Assembly (NCBI GenBank): GCA_964016885.1
Contig: OZ024742.1
Coordinates: 360,034,001 to 360,098,000, forward strand
DNA: 64,000 nucleotides
Direction of reading: 5' to 3'
Source: Eledone cirrhosa
Lineage: Eukaryota
Positions within the stretch are counted from its first letter, which is position 1. Every line of letters starts with the position of its first letter. A program made the position numbers and the translations under genes. The notes below the pieces were generated by a model. The model worked only from the letters and a program-made list of their open reading frames with translations, did no database searches and was not told the origin of the DNA. Below are positions 39,291 to 51,355 of the stretch, one piece after another.

Positions 39291-42200
39291 AATAGATAGA
39301 AAGGCTGAGATGTGAACGAGGAGAAGAGAGATAGAAAGGCTGGGATGTGAAGGTGGAGGAGAGAGATAGAAAGGCTGAGATATGAAGGAGGAGAAGAGAT
39401 GGAAAGGCTGGGATATGAAGGAGGAGAAAATAGATAGAAAGGCTGAGATGTGAAGGAGGAGAAGAGAGATGGAAAGGCTGGGATGTGAAGGTGGAGGAGA
39501 GAGATGGACAGTCTGAGATATGAAGGAGGAGAAGAGAGATAGAAAGGCTGAGATATGAAGGAGCAGAAGAGATAGAAAGGCTGGGATATGAAGGAGGAGA
39601 AAATAGATAGAAAGGCTGAGATGTGAACGAGGAGAAGAGAGATAGAAAGGCTGGGATGTGAAGGTGGAGGAGAGAGATAGAAAGGCTGAGATATGAAGGA
39701 GGAGAAGAGATAGAAAGGCTGGGATATGAAGGAGGAGAAAATAGATAGAAAGGCTGAGATGTGAAGGAGGAGAAGAGAGATAGAAAGGCTGGGATGTGAA
39801 GGTGGAGGAGAGAGATAGAAAGGCTGGGATGTGAAGGTGGAGAAGAGAGATGGAAAGGCTGGGATGTGAAGGTGGAGAAGAGAGATGGAATGTCTGAGAT
39901 GTGAAGGAGGAGAAGATAGTTAGAAAGGCTGGGATGTGCAGGAGCAGAAGAGAGATAGAAAGGCTGGGATGTAAAGGTGGAGGAGAGAGATAGAAAGGCT
40001 GGGATGTGAAGGTGAAGAAGAGAGATGGAAAGGCTGAGATGTGAAGGTGGAGGAGAGAGATAGAAAGTCTGGGATGTGACGGAGGAGAAGAGAGATAGAA
40101 AGACTGGGATGTGAAGGAGGAGACAAGTGATAGAAAGGCTGGGATGTGACGGTGGAGAGGAGAGATAGAAAGGCTGGGATGTGAAGGTGGAGAAGAGAGG
40201 TATAAAGGGTGGGATGTGAAGGTAGAGAAGAGAGATAGAAAGGCTGGGATGTGAAGGAGGAGTAGGAAGATAGAAAGGCTGAGATGTGAAGGAAGAGAAG
40301 AGAGATAGAAAGGCTGAGATATGATGGAGGAGAAGAGAGATAGAAAGGCTGGGATGTGAAGGTGGAGGAGAAGATAGAAAGGCTGGGATGTGAAGGTAGA
40401 AGAGAGAGATAGAAAGGCTGGGATGTGAAGGAGGAGAAGATAGATAGAAAGGCTGGGATGTGAAGGTGGAGAAGAGAGATTGAAAGGCTGAGATGTGAAG
40501 GAAGAGAAGAGAGATAGAAAGGCTGAGATATGAAGGAGGAGAAGAGAGATAGAAAGGCTGGGATGTGAAGGTGGAGAAGAGAGATAGAAATGCTGGAATG
40601 TGAAGGTGGAGAGGAGAGCTAGAAAAGCTGGGATGTGAAGGTGCAGGAGAGATAGAAAGGCTGAGATGTGAATGTGGGGGAGAGAGATAGAAAGGCTGAG
40701 ATATGAAGGAGGAGAAGAGATAGAAAGGCTGGGATGTGAAGGAGGAGAAAATAGATAGAAAGGCTGAGATGTGAAGGAGGATAAGAGATATAGAAAGGCT
40801 GAGATGTGAAGGTGGAGAGGAGAGATAGAAAGGCTGGGATGTGAAGGTGGAGAAGAGAGAGAGAAAGGGTGTGATGTGAAGGAGGAGAAGATAGATAGAA
40901 AGGCTGGGATGTGAAGGTGGAGACGAGAGATAGAAAGGCTGGGATGTGAAGGTGGAGAAGAGAGATAGAAAGGCGGAGATGTGAAAGAAAAGAAGAGAGA
41001 TAGAAAGGCTGGGATGTGAAGGAAGAGAAAATAGATAGAAAGGTTGGGATGTGAAGATAGGGAAGAGAGATAGAAATGCTGAGATGTGAAGGTGGAGAAA
41101 AGAGATAGAAAGGCTGGGATGTGAAGGTAGAGAGGAGAGATAGAAAGGCTGGGATGTGAAGGTGGAGAAGAGAGATAGAAAGGCTGGGATGTGATGGAAG
41201 AGAAGATAGATAGAAAGGCTGGGATGTGAAGGTAGGGAAGAGAGATAGAAATGCTGAGATGTGAATGAGGAGAAAAGATATAGAAGGGCTGAGTTGTGAA
41301 GATGGACAAGAGATAGAAAGGCTGGGATATGAAGGTGGAGAAGGGAGATAGAAATGCTGAGATGTGAAGGTGGAGAAGAGAGATAGAAAGGCTGGGATGT
41401 GAAGGTAGAGAGGAGAGATAGAAAGCCTGGGATGTGAAGGTGGAGGAGAGATAGAAAGGCTGAGATGTGAAGGCGGAGGAGAGAGATAGTAAGGCTGGGA
41501 TGTGAAGGTGGAGAGGAGAGACAGAAAGGCTGGGATGTGAAGGTGGAGGAGAGATAGGAAGGCTGAGATGTGAAGGTGGAGAAGAGAGATAGAAAGGCTG
41601 AGATATGAAGGAGGAGAAGAGATAGAATGGCTGGGATATGAAGGAGGAGAAAATAGATAGAAAGGCTGAGATGTGAACGAGGAGAAGAGAGATAGAAAGG
41701 CTGGGATGTGAAGGTGGAGGAGAGAGATAGAAAGGCTGAGATATGAAGGAGGAGAAGAGATAGAAAGGCTGGGATATGAAGGAGGAGAAAATTGATAGAA
41801 AGGCTGAGATGTGAAGGAGGAGAAGAGAGATAGAAAGGCTGGGATGTGAAGGTGGAGGAGAGAGATAGAAAGGCTAGGATGTGAAGGTGGAGGAGAGAGA
41901 TGGAAAGTCTGGGATGTGAAGGTGGAGAAGAGAGATGGAAAGTCTGAGATGTGAAGGAGGAGAAGATAGTTAGAAAGGCTGGGATGTGCAGGAGCAGAAG
42001 AGAGATAGAAAGGCTGGGATGTGAAGGTGGAGAAGACAGATGGAAAGGCTGAGATGTGAAGGTGGAGGAGAGAGATAGAAAGTCTGGGATGTGACGGAGG
42101 AGAAGAGAGATAGAAAGACTGGGATGTGAAGGAGGAGACAAGAGATAGAAAGGCTGGGATGTGACGGTGGAGAGGAGAGATAGAAAGGCTGGGATGTGAA

Positions 42201-45196
42201 GGTGGAGAAGAGAGGTATAAAGGGTGGGATGTGAAGGTAGAGAAGAGAGATAGAAAGGCTGGGATGTGACGGAGGAGAAGATAGATAGGAAGGCTGGGAT
42301 GTGAAGGTGGAGGAGAGAGATATAAAGGCTGGGATGTGAAGGAGGAGTAGGAAGATAGAAAGGCTGAGATGTGAAGGAAGAGAAGAGAGATAGAAAGGCT
42401 GAAATATGATGGAGGAGAAGAGAGATAGAAAGGCTGGGATGTGAAGGTGGAGGAGAAGATAGAAAGGCTGGGATGTGAAGGTGGAGGAGAAGATAGAAAG
42501 GCTGGGATATGAAGGTAGAAGAGAGAGATAGAAAGGCTGGGATGTGAAGGAGGAGAAGATAGATAGAAAGGCTGGGATGTGAAGGTGGAGAAGAGAGGTT
42601 GAAAGGCTGAGATGTGAAGGTGGAGAAGAGAGATAGAAAGGCTGAGATGTGAACGAGGAGAAGAGAGATAGAAAGGGTGGGATGTGAAGGTGGAGGAGAG
42701 AGATAGAAAGGCTGAGATATGAAGGAGGAGAAGAGATAGAAAGGCTGGGATATGAAGGAGGAGAAAATAGATAGAAAGGCTGAGATGTGAAGGGGGAGAA
42801 GAGAGATAGAAAGGCTGGGATGTGAAGGTGGAGGAGAGAGATAGAAATGCAGAGATGTGAAGGTGGAGAAGAGAGATAGAAAGGCTGAGATATGAAGGAG
42901 GAGAAGAGATAGAAAGGCTGGGATATGAAGGAGGAGAAAATAGATAGAAAGGCTGAGATGTGAACGAGGAGAAGAGAGATAGAAAGGCTGGGATGTGAAG
43001 GTGGAGGAGAGAGATAGAAAGGCTGAGATATGAAGGAGGAGAAGAGATAGAAAGGCTGGGATATGAAGGAGGAGAAAATAGATAGAAAGGCTGAGATGTG
43101 AAGGAGGAGAAGAGAGATAGAAAGGCTGGGATGTGAAGGTGGAGGAGAGAGATAGAAAGGCTGGGATGTGAAGGTGGAGAAGAGAGATGGAAAGGCTGGG
43201 ATGTGAAGGTGGAGAAGAGAGATGGAAAGTCTGAGATTTGAAGGAGGAGAAGATAGTTAGAAAGGCTGGGATGTGCAGGAGCAGAAGAGAGATAGAAAGG
43301 CTGGGATGTAAAGGTGGAGGAGAGAGATAGAAAGGCTGGGATTTGAAGGTGGAGAAGAGAGATTGAAAGGCTGAGATGTGAAGGAAGAGAAGAGAGATAG
43401 AAAGGCTGAGATATGAAGGAGGAGAAGAGAGATAGAAATGCTGGAATGTGAAGGTGGAGAGGAGAGCTAGAAAGGCTGGGATGTGAAGGTGCAGGAGAGA
43501 TAGAAAGGCTGAGATGTGAAGGTGGGGGAGAGAGATAGAAAGGCTGAGATATGAAGGAGGAGAAGAGATAGAAAGGCTGGGATGTGAAGGAGGAGAAAAT
43601 AGATAGAAAGGCTGAGATGTGAAGGAGGATAAGAGATATAGAAAGGCTGAGATGTGACGGTGGAGAGGAGAGATAGAAAGGCTGGGATGTGAAGGTGGAG
43701 AAGAGAGAGAGAAAGGCTGGGATGTGAAGGAGGAGAAGATAGATAGAAAGGCTGGGATGTGAAGGTGGAGACGAGAGATAGAAAGGCTGGGATGTGAAGG
43801 TGGAGAAGAGAGATAGAAAGGTTGGGATGTGAAGATAGGGAAGAGAGATAGAAATGCTGAGATGTGAAGGTGGAGAAGAGAGATAGAAAGGCTGGGATGT
43901 GAAGGTAGAGAGGAGAGATAGAAAGGCTGGGATGTGAAGGTGGAGAAGAGAGATAGAAAGGCTGGGATGTGATGGAAGAGAAGATAGATAGAAAGGCTGG
44001 GATGTGAAGGTAGGGAAGAGAGATAGAAATGCTGAGATGTGAAGGTGGAGAAGAGAGATAGAAAGCTAGGATGTGAAGGTGGAGAGGAGAGATAGAAAGG
44101 CTGAGATATGAAGGAGGAGATGACATAGAAAGGCTGGGATATGAAGGTGGAGAAGAGAGATAGAAAGGCTGGGATGTGATGGAAGAGAAGATAGATAGAA
44201 AGGCTGAGATGTGAAGGAGGAGAAGAGAGATAGAACGGCTGGGATGTGAAGGTGGAGAAGAGAGAGAGAAAGGCTGGGATGTGAAGGAGGAGAAGATAGA
44301 TAGAAGGGCTGGGATATGAAGGAGCAGAAGAGAGATAGAAAGGCTGGGATGTGAAGGTGGTGAAGAGAGATAGAAAGGCTGGGATGTGAAGGTGGAGAGG
44401 AGAGATGGAAAGGCTGAGATGTGAATGTGGAGGAGAGAGATAGAAAGGCTGGGATGTGATGGTGGAGAAGAGAGATGGAAAGGCTGAGATGTGAAGGAGG
44501 AGAACATAGATAGAAAGGCTGGGATGTGAAGGAGCAGAAGAGCGATAGAAAGGCCTGCATGTGAAGGAGGAGAAAATAGATAGAAAGGCTCAGATGTGAA
44601 GGAGGAGAAGATAGATAGAAAGGCTGGGATGTGAAGGTCGAGAAGAGAGATAGAAAGGCTGGGATGTGATGGAGGAGAAGAGAGATAGAAAGGCTGGGGT
44701 GTGAAGGAGGCAAAAATAGATAGAAAGGCTGAGATGTGAAGGAGAAGAGAGATAGAAAGGCTGGGATGTCAAGGTGGAGAAGCGAGATCGAAAGGCTGGG
44801 ATGTGAGGGAGCAGAAGAGAGATAGAAAGGCTGGGATGTGAAGGTGGAGAAGAGAGATAGAAAGGCTGAGATGTGAAGGTGGAGAGGAGAGATAGAAAGG
44901 CTGGAATGTGACGTAGGAGAAGAGAGATAGAAAGGCTGGGATGGGAAGAAAGAGACGAGAGATAGAAAGGCTGGGATGTGACAGTGGAGAAGATAGATAG
45001 GAAGGCAGGGATGTGAAGGTGGAGGAGAAGATAGAAAGGCTGGGATCTGAAGGTAGAGTAGACAGATAGAAAGGCTGGGATGTGAAGAAGGAGAAGATAG
45101 ATAGAAAGGCTGGGATGTGAAGATGGAGAAGAGAGATTGAAAGGCTGAGATGTGAAGGAAGAGAAGAGAGATAGAAAGGCTGAGATATGAAGGAGG

Positions 45197-48100
45197 AGAA
45201 GAGAGATAGAAAGGCTGGGATGTGAAGGTGGAGAAGATAGATAGAAAGGCTGGGATGTGAAGGTGGAGAAGAGAGATAGAAAGGCTGGGATGTGACGGAG
45301 GAGAAGAGAGATAGAAAGGCTGGGCTGTGAAGGTCGAGGAGAGACATAGAAAGGCTGGGATGTGAAGGTGGAGAAGAGAAATAGAAAGGCTGGGACGTGA
45401 AAACGAGAAGATAGATAGAAAGGCTGGGAATTGAAGGTAAGGGAAGAGAGATAGAAATGCTGAGATGTGAAGGTGGAGAAGAGAGATAGAAAGGCTGGGA
45501 TGTGAAGGTAGAGAGGAGAGATAGAAAGGCTGGGATGTGAAGGTGGAGGAGAGATAGAAAGGCTGAGATGTGAAGGTGGAGGAGAGAGATAGAAAGGCTG
45601 AGATATGAAGGAGGAGAAGAGATAGAAAGGCTGGGATGTGAAGGAGGAGAAAATAGATAGAAAGGCTGGGATGTGAAGGTGGAGAAGAGAGAGAGAAAGG
45701 CTGGGATGTGAAGGAGGAGAAGATAGATAGAAAGGCTGGGATGTGAAGGTGGAGAAGAGAGATAGAAAGGCTGGGATGTGACGCAGGAGAAGAGAGATAG
45801 AAAGGCTTGGATGTGAAGGTCGAGGAGAGACATAGAAAGGCTGGGATGTGAAGGTGGAGAAGAGAGATAGAAAGGCGGAGATGTGAAAGAAAAGAAGAGA
45901 GATAGAAAGGCTGAGATGTGAAGGTGGAGAGAGGAGATAGAAAGGCTGGGATGTGAAGGTAGAGAGGAGAGATAGAAAGGCTGGGATGTGAAGGTAGAGA
46001 GGAGAGATAGAAAGGCTGGGATGTGAAGGAGGAGAAAATAGATAGAAAGGCTGGGATGTGAAGGTGGAGAAGAGAGATAGAAAGGCTGACATATGAAGGA
46101 GGAGAAGAGAGATAGAAAGGCTGGGATGTGAAGGTCGAGGAGAGACATAGAAAGTCTGGGATGTGAAGGTGGAGAAGATAGATAGAAAGGCTAGGATGTG
46201 AAAGAAGAGAAGATAGATAGAAAGGCTGGGATGTGAAGGTAGGGAGGAGAGATAGAAATGCTGAGTTGTGAAGGTGGAGGAGATAGATAGAAAGGCTGAG
46301 ATATGAAGGAGGAGAAGAGATAGAAAGGCTGGGATCCGAAGGAGGAGAAAATAGATAGAAAGGCTGAGATGTGAAGGAGGATAAGATAGATAGAAAGGCT
46401 GGGATGTGAAGGTGGAGAAGAGAGAGAGAAAGGCTGGGATGTGAAGGAAGAGAAGAGAGACAGAAAGGCTGGGAGGTGAAGGGGGAGAAGAGAGATAGAA
46501 AGGCTGGGATGTGACGCAGGAGAAGACAGATAGAAAGGCTGGGATATGAAGGTCGAGGAGAGAGACAGAAAGACTGGGATGTGAAGGTGGAGAGGACAGA
46601 TGGAAAGGCTGAGATGTGAAGGTGGAGGAGAGAGATAGAAAGGCTGGGATGTGAAGGTGGAGAAGAGAGATGGAAAGGCTGAGATGTGAAGGAGGAGAAG
46701 ATAGATAGAATGGCTGGCATGTGAAGGAGCAGAAGAACGATAGAAAGGCTGGGATGTGAAGGTGGAGAAGAGAGATAGAAAGGCTGGGATGTGATGGTGG
46801 AGAAGAGAGATGGAAAGGCTGAGATGTGAAGGAGGAGAAGATAGATAGAAAGGGTGGGATGTGAAGGTCGAGGAGAGACATTGAAAGGCTGGGATGTGAA
46901 GGTGGAGAAGAGAGATAGAAAGGCGGAGATGTGAAAGAAAAGATGATTGATAGAAAGGCTGGGATGTGAAGGTAGGGAAGAGAGATAGAAAGGGTGGGAT
47001 GTGAAGGTGGAGAAGAGAGATAGAAAGGCTGGGATGTGAAGGAATAGAAGAGAGATAGAAAGGCTGGGATGTGAAGGTGGAGAAGATAGATAGAAAGGCT
47101 GGGATGTGAAGGTGGAGAAGAGAGATAGAAAGGCTGGGATGTGACGGAGGAGAAGAGAGGTAGAAAGGCTGGGCTGTGAAGGTCGAGGAGAGACATAGAA
47201 AGGCTGGGATGTGAAGGTGGAGAAGAGAAATAGAAAGGCTGGGACGTGAAAACGAGAAGATAGATAGAAAGGCTGGGAATTGAAGGTAAGGGAAGAGAGA
47301 TAGAAATGCTGAGATGTGAAGGTGGAGAAGAGAGATAGAAAGGCTGGGATGTGAAGGTAGAGAGGAGAGATAGAAAGGCTGGGATGTGAAGGTGGAGGAG
47401 AGATAGAAAGGCTGAGATGTGAAGGTGGAGGAGAGAGATAGAAAGGCTGAGATATGAAGGAGGAGAAGAGATAGAAAGGCTGGGATGTGAAGGAGGAGAA
47501 AATAGATAGAAAGGCTGGGATGTGAAGGTGGAGAAGAGAGAGAGAAAGGCTGGGATGTGAAGGAGGAGAAGATAGATAGAAAGGCTGGGATGTGAAGGTG
47601 GAGAAGAGAGATAGAAAGGCTGGGATGTGACGCAGGAGAAGAGAGATAGAAAGGCTTGGATGTGAAGGTCGAGGAGAGACATAGAAAGGCTGGGATGTGA
47701 AGGTGGAGAAGAGAGATAGAAAGGCGGAGATGTGAAAGAAAAGAAGAGAGATAGAAAGGCTGAGATGTGAAGGTGGAGAGAGGAGATAGAAAGGCTGGGA
47801 TGTGAAGGTAGAGAGGAGAGATAGAAAGGCTGGGATGTGAAGGTAGAGAGGAGAGATAGAAAGGCTGGGATGTGAAGGAGGAGAAAATAGATAGAAAGGC
47901 TGGGATGTGAAGGTGGAGAAGAGAGATAGAAAGGCTGACATATGAAGGAGGAGAAGAGAGATAGAAAGGCTGGGATGTGAAGGTCGAGGAGAGACATAGA
48001 AAGTCTGGGATGTGAAGGTGGAGAAGATAGATAGAAAGGCTAGGATGTGAAAGAAGAGAAGATAGATAGAAAGGCTGGGATGTGAAGGTAGGGAGGAGAG

Positions 48101-48900
48101 ATAGAAATGCTGAGTTGTGAAGGTGGAGGAGATAGATAGAAAGGCTGAGATATGAAGGAGGAGAAGAGATAGAAAGGCTGGGATCCGAAGGAGGAGAAAA
48201 TAGATAGAAAGGCTGAGATGTGAAGGAGGATAAGATAGATAGAAAGGCTGGGATGTGAAGGTGGAGAAGAGAGAGAGAAAGGCTGGGATGTGAAGGAAGA
48301 GAAGAGAGACAGAAAGGCTGGGAGGTGAAGGGGGAGAAGAGAGATAGAAAGGCTGGGATGTGACGCAGGAGAAGACAGATAGAAAGGCTGGGATATGAAG
48401 GTCGAGGAGAGAGACAGAAAGACTGGGATGTGAAGGTGGAGAGGACAGATGGAAAGGCTGAGATGTGAAGGTGGAGGAGAGAGATAGAAAGGCTGGGATG
48501 TGAAGGTGGAGAAGAGAGATGGAAAGGCTGAGATGTGAAGGAGGAGAAGATAGATAGAATGGCTGGCATGTGAAGGAGCAGAAGAACGATAGAAAGGCTG
48601 GGATGTGAAGGTGGAGAAGAGAGATAGAAAGGCTGGGATGTGATGGTGGAGAAGAGAGATGGAAAGGCTGAGATGTGAAGGAGGAGAAGATAGATAGAAA
48701 GGGTGGGATGTGAAGGTCGAGGAGAGACATTGAAAGGCTGGGATGTGAAGGTGGAGAAGAGAGATAGAAAGGCGGAGATGTGAAAGAAAAGATGATTGAT
48801 AGAAAGGCTGGGATGTGAAGGTAGGGAAGAGAGATAGAAAGGGTGGGATGTGAAGGTGGAGAAGAGAGATAGAAAGGCTGGGATGTGAAGGAATAGAAGA
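45197..48900 (+). repeat. Nearly perfect direct tandem duplication of a 1849-bp unit
   Basis: GGATCC at 46332/48181, GAATTG at 45428/47277 and ORF starts at 46148/47997 are all offset by 1849. I noticed only one substitution (~45311 A vs ~47160 G). Confidence 0.93.
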
Positions 48901-51355
48901 TAGATAGAAAGGCTGGGATGTGAAGGTCGAGGAGAGACATAGAAAGGCTGGGATGTGAATGAGGAGAAGAGATATAGAAAGGCTGAGATGTGAAGGTGGA
49001 CAAGAGATAGAAAGGCTGGGATGTGAAGGTGGAGAAGAGAGATAGAAATGCTGACATGTGAAGCTGGAGAAGAGAGATAGAAAGGCTGGGATGTTAAGGT
49101 GGAGAGGAGAGATAGAAAGGCTGGGATGTTAAGGTGGAGAGGAGAGATAGAAAGGCTGGGATGTGAAGGTGGAGGAGAGATAGGAAGGCTGAGATGTGAA
49201 GGTGGAGAAGAGAGATAGAAAGGCTGAGATATGATGGAGGAGAAAAGATACAAAGGCTGGGATATGAAGGAGGAGAAAATAGATAGAAAGGCTGGGATGT
49301 GAAGGTGGAGAAGAGAGATAGAAAGGCTGGGATGTGAAGGTGCAGAGGAGAGATGGAAAGGCTGAGATGTGAAGGTGGAGGAGAGAGATAGAAAGGCTGG
49401 GATGTGATGGTAGAGAAGAGAGATGGAAAGGCTGAGATTTGAAGGAGGAGAAGAGATAGATAGAAAGGCTGGGATGTGAAGGAGCAGAAGAGCGATAGAA
49501 AGGCTGAGATGTGAAGGTGGAGAAGACAGATAGAAAGGCTGGGATGTGAAGGTGGAGAAGAGAGATGGGAAGGCTGAGATGTGAAGGAGGAAAAGATAGA
49601 TAGAAAGGCTGGGATCTGAAGGAGCAGAAGAGCGATAGAAAGGCTGGCATGTGAAGGAGGAGATAATAGATAGAAAGGCTGAGATGTGAAGGAGGAGAAG
49701 AGAGATACAAAGGCTGGGATGTGAAGGTGGAGTAGGAAGATAGAAAGGCTGAGATGTGAAGGAAGAGAAGAGAGGTAGAAAGGCTGAGATATGAAGGAGG
49801 AGAAGAGAGATACAAAGGGTGGGATGTGAAGGTGGAGAAGTGAGATATAAATGCTGGAATGTGAAGGAGGAGAAAATTGATAGAAAGGCTGAGATGTGAA
49901 GGAGGAGAAGATAGATAGAAAGGCTGGGATGTGAAGGTGGAGAAGAGAGATAGAAAGGCTGGGATGTGACAGAGGAGAAGAGAGATAGAAAGGCTGGGAT
50001 GTGAAGGTCGAGGAGAGACATAGAAAGGCTGGGATGAGAAGGTGGTGAAGATAGATAGAAATGGCTGGGATGTGAAGGAAGAGAAGATAGATAGAAAGGC
50101 TGGGATGTGAAGGTAGGGAAGAGAGATAGAAGTGCTCAGATGTGAAGGTAGAGAAGAGAGATAGAAAGGCTGGGATGTGAAGGTAGAGAGGAGAGATAAA
50201 AAGGCTGGGATGTAAAGGTGGAGGAGAGATAGAAAGGCTGCGATGTGAAGGAGGAGAAGAGATAGAAATGCTGGGATGTAAAGGAAGAGAAGATAGATAG
50301 AAAGGCTGGGATGTGAAGGTGGAGAAGAGAGAGAGAAAGGCTGGGATGTGAAGGAGGTGAAGATAGATAGAAAGGCTGGGATGTGAAGGAGAAGAGAGAT
50401 AGAAAGAGTGGGATGTGACGGAGGAGAAGAGAGATAGAAAGGCTGGGATGTAAAGGTGGAGAAGAGAGATAGAAAGGCGGAGATGTGAAAGAAAAGAAGA
50501 GAGATAGAAAGGCTGGGATGTGAAGGAAAAGAAGATAGATAGAAAGGCTGGGATGTGAAGGTAGGGAAGAGAGATAGAAATGCTGGGATGTGAAGGAGAA
50601 GAAGATAGATAGAAAGGCTGGGATGTGAAGGTGGAGAAGAGAGAGAGAAAGGCTGGGATGTGAAGGAGGTGAAGATAGATAGAAAGGCTGGGATGTGAAG
50701 GAGGAGAAGAGAGATAGAAAGGCTGGGATGTGACGGAGGAGAAGAGAGAAAGAAAGGCTGGGATGTAAAGGTGGAGAAGAGAGATAGAAAGGCGGAGATG
50801 TGAAAGGAAAGAAGAGAGATAGAAAGGCTGGGATGTGAAGGAAGAGAAGATAGATAGAAAGGCTGGGATGTGAAGGTAGGGAAGAGAGATAGAAATGCTG
50901 GGATGTGAAGGAGAAGAAGATAGATAGAAAGGCTGGGATGTGAAGGTGGAGAAGAGAGATAGAAAGGCTGGGATGTGACGCAGGAGAAGAGAGATAGAAA
51001 GGCTTGGATGTGAAGGTCGAGGAGAGACATAGAAAGGCTGGGATGTGAAGGTGGAGAAGAGAGATAGAAAGGCGGAGATGTGAAGGAAGAGAAGAGAGAT
51101 AGAAAGGCTGGGATGTGAAGGTGGAGAAGAGAGAGAGAAAGGCTGGGATGTGAAGGAGGAGAAGATGGATAGAAAGGCTGGGATGTGAAGGGGGAGAAGA
51201 GAGATAGAAAGGCTGGGATGTGACGCAAGAGAAGAGAGATAGAAAGGCTGGGATGTGAAGGTCGAGGAGAGACATAGAAAGGCTGGGATGTGAAGGTGGA
51301 GAAGATAGATAGAAAGGCTGGGATGTGAAAATGAGAAGATAGATAGAAAGGCTGG

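Larger units (their letters stand above)
11900..43400 (+). repeat. Sub-domain B: enriched in 33-bp and 32-bp monomers and GATATG variants; mosaic higher-order repeat
   Basis: Variants GCTGAGATATGAAGGAGGAGAAGAGATAG (33 bp), GGAGAAAATAGATAG, GTGAACGAGG and GATGGACAGTCTGAG are abundant. Marker GATAGTTAGAAAGGCTGGGATGTGCAGGAGCAG occurs 19 times between 13742 and 43257 and was not seen outside this interval. Confidence 0.85.

Noticed and set aside
13981-42230. TATAAA/TATAAT motifs (GGTATAAAGGG, GGTATAATGGG) as promoters, and AGGAGG as Shine-Dalgarno sites
   Set aside because: They are substitution variants of the monomer (GATAGAAAGG, AGGTGG) copied by duplication, with no downstream + strand ORF.
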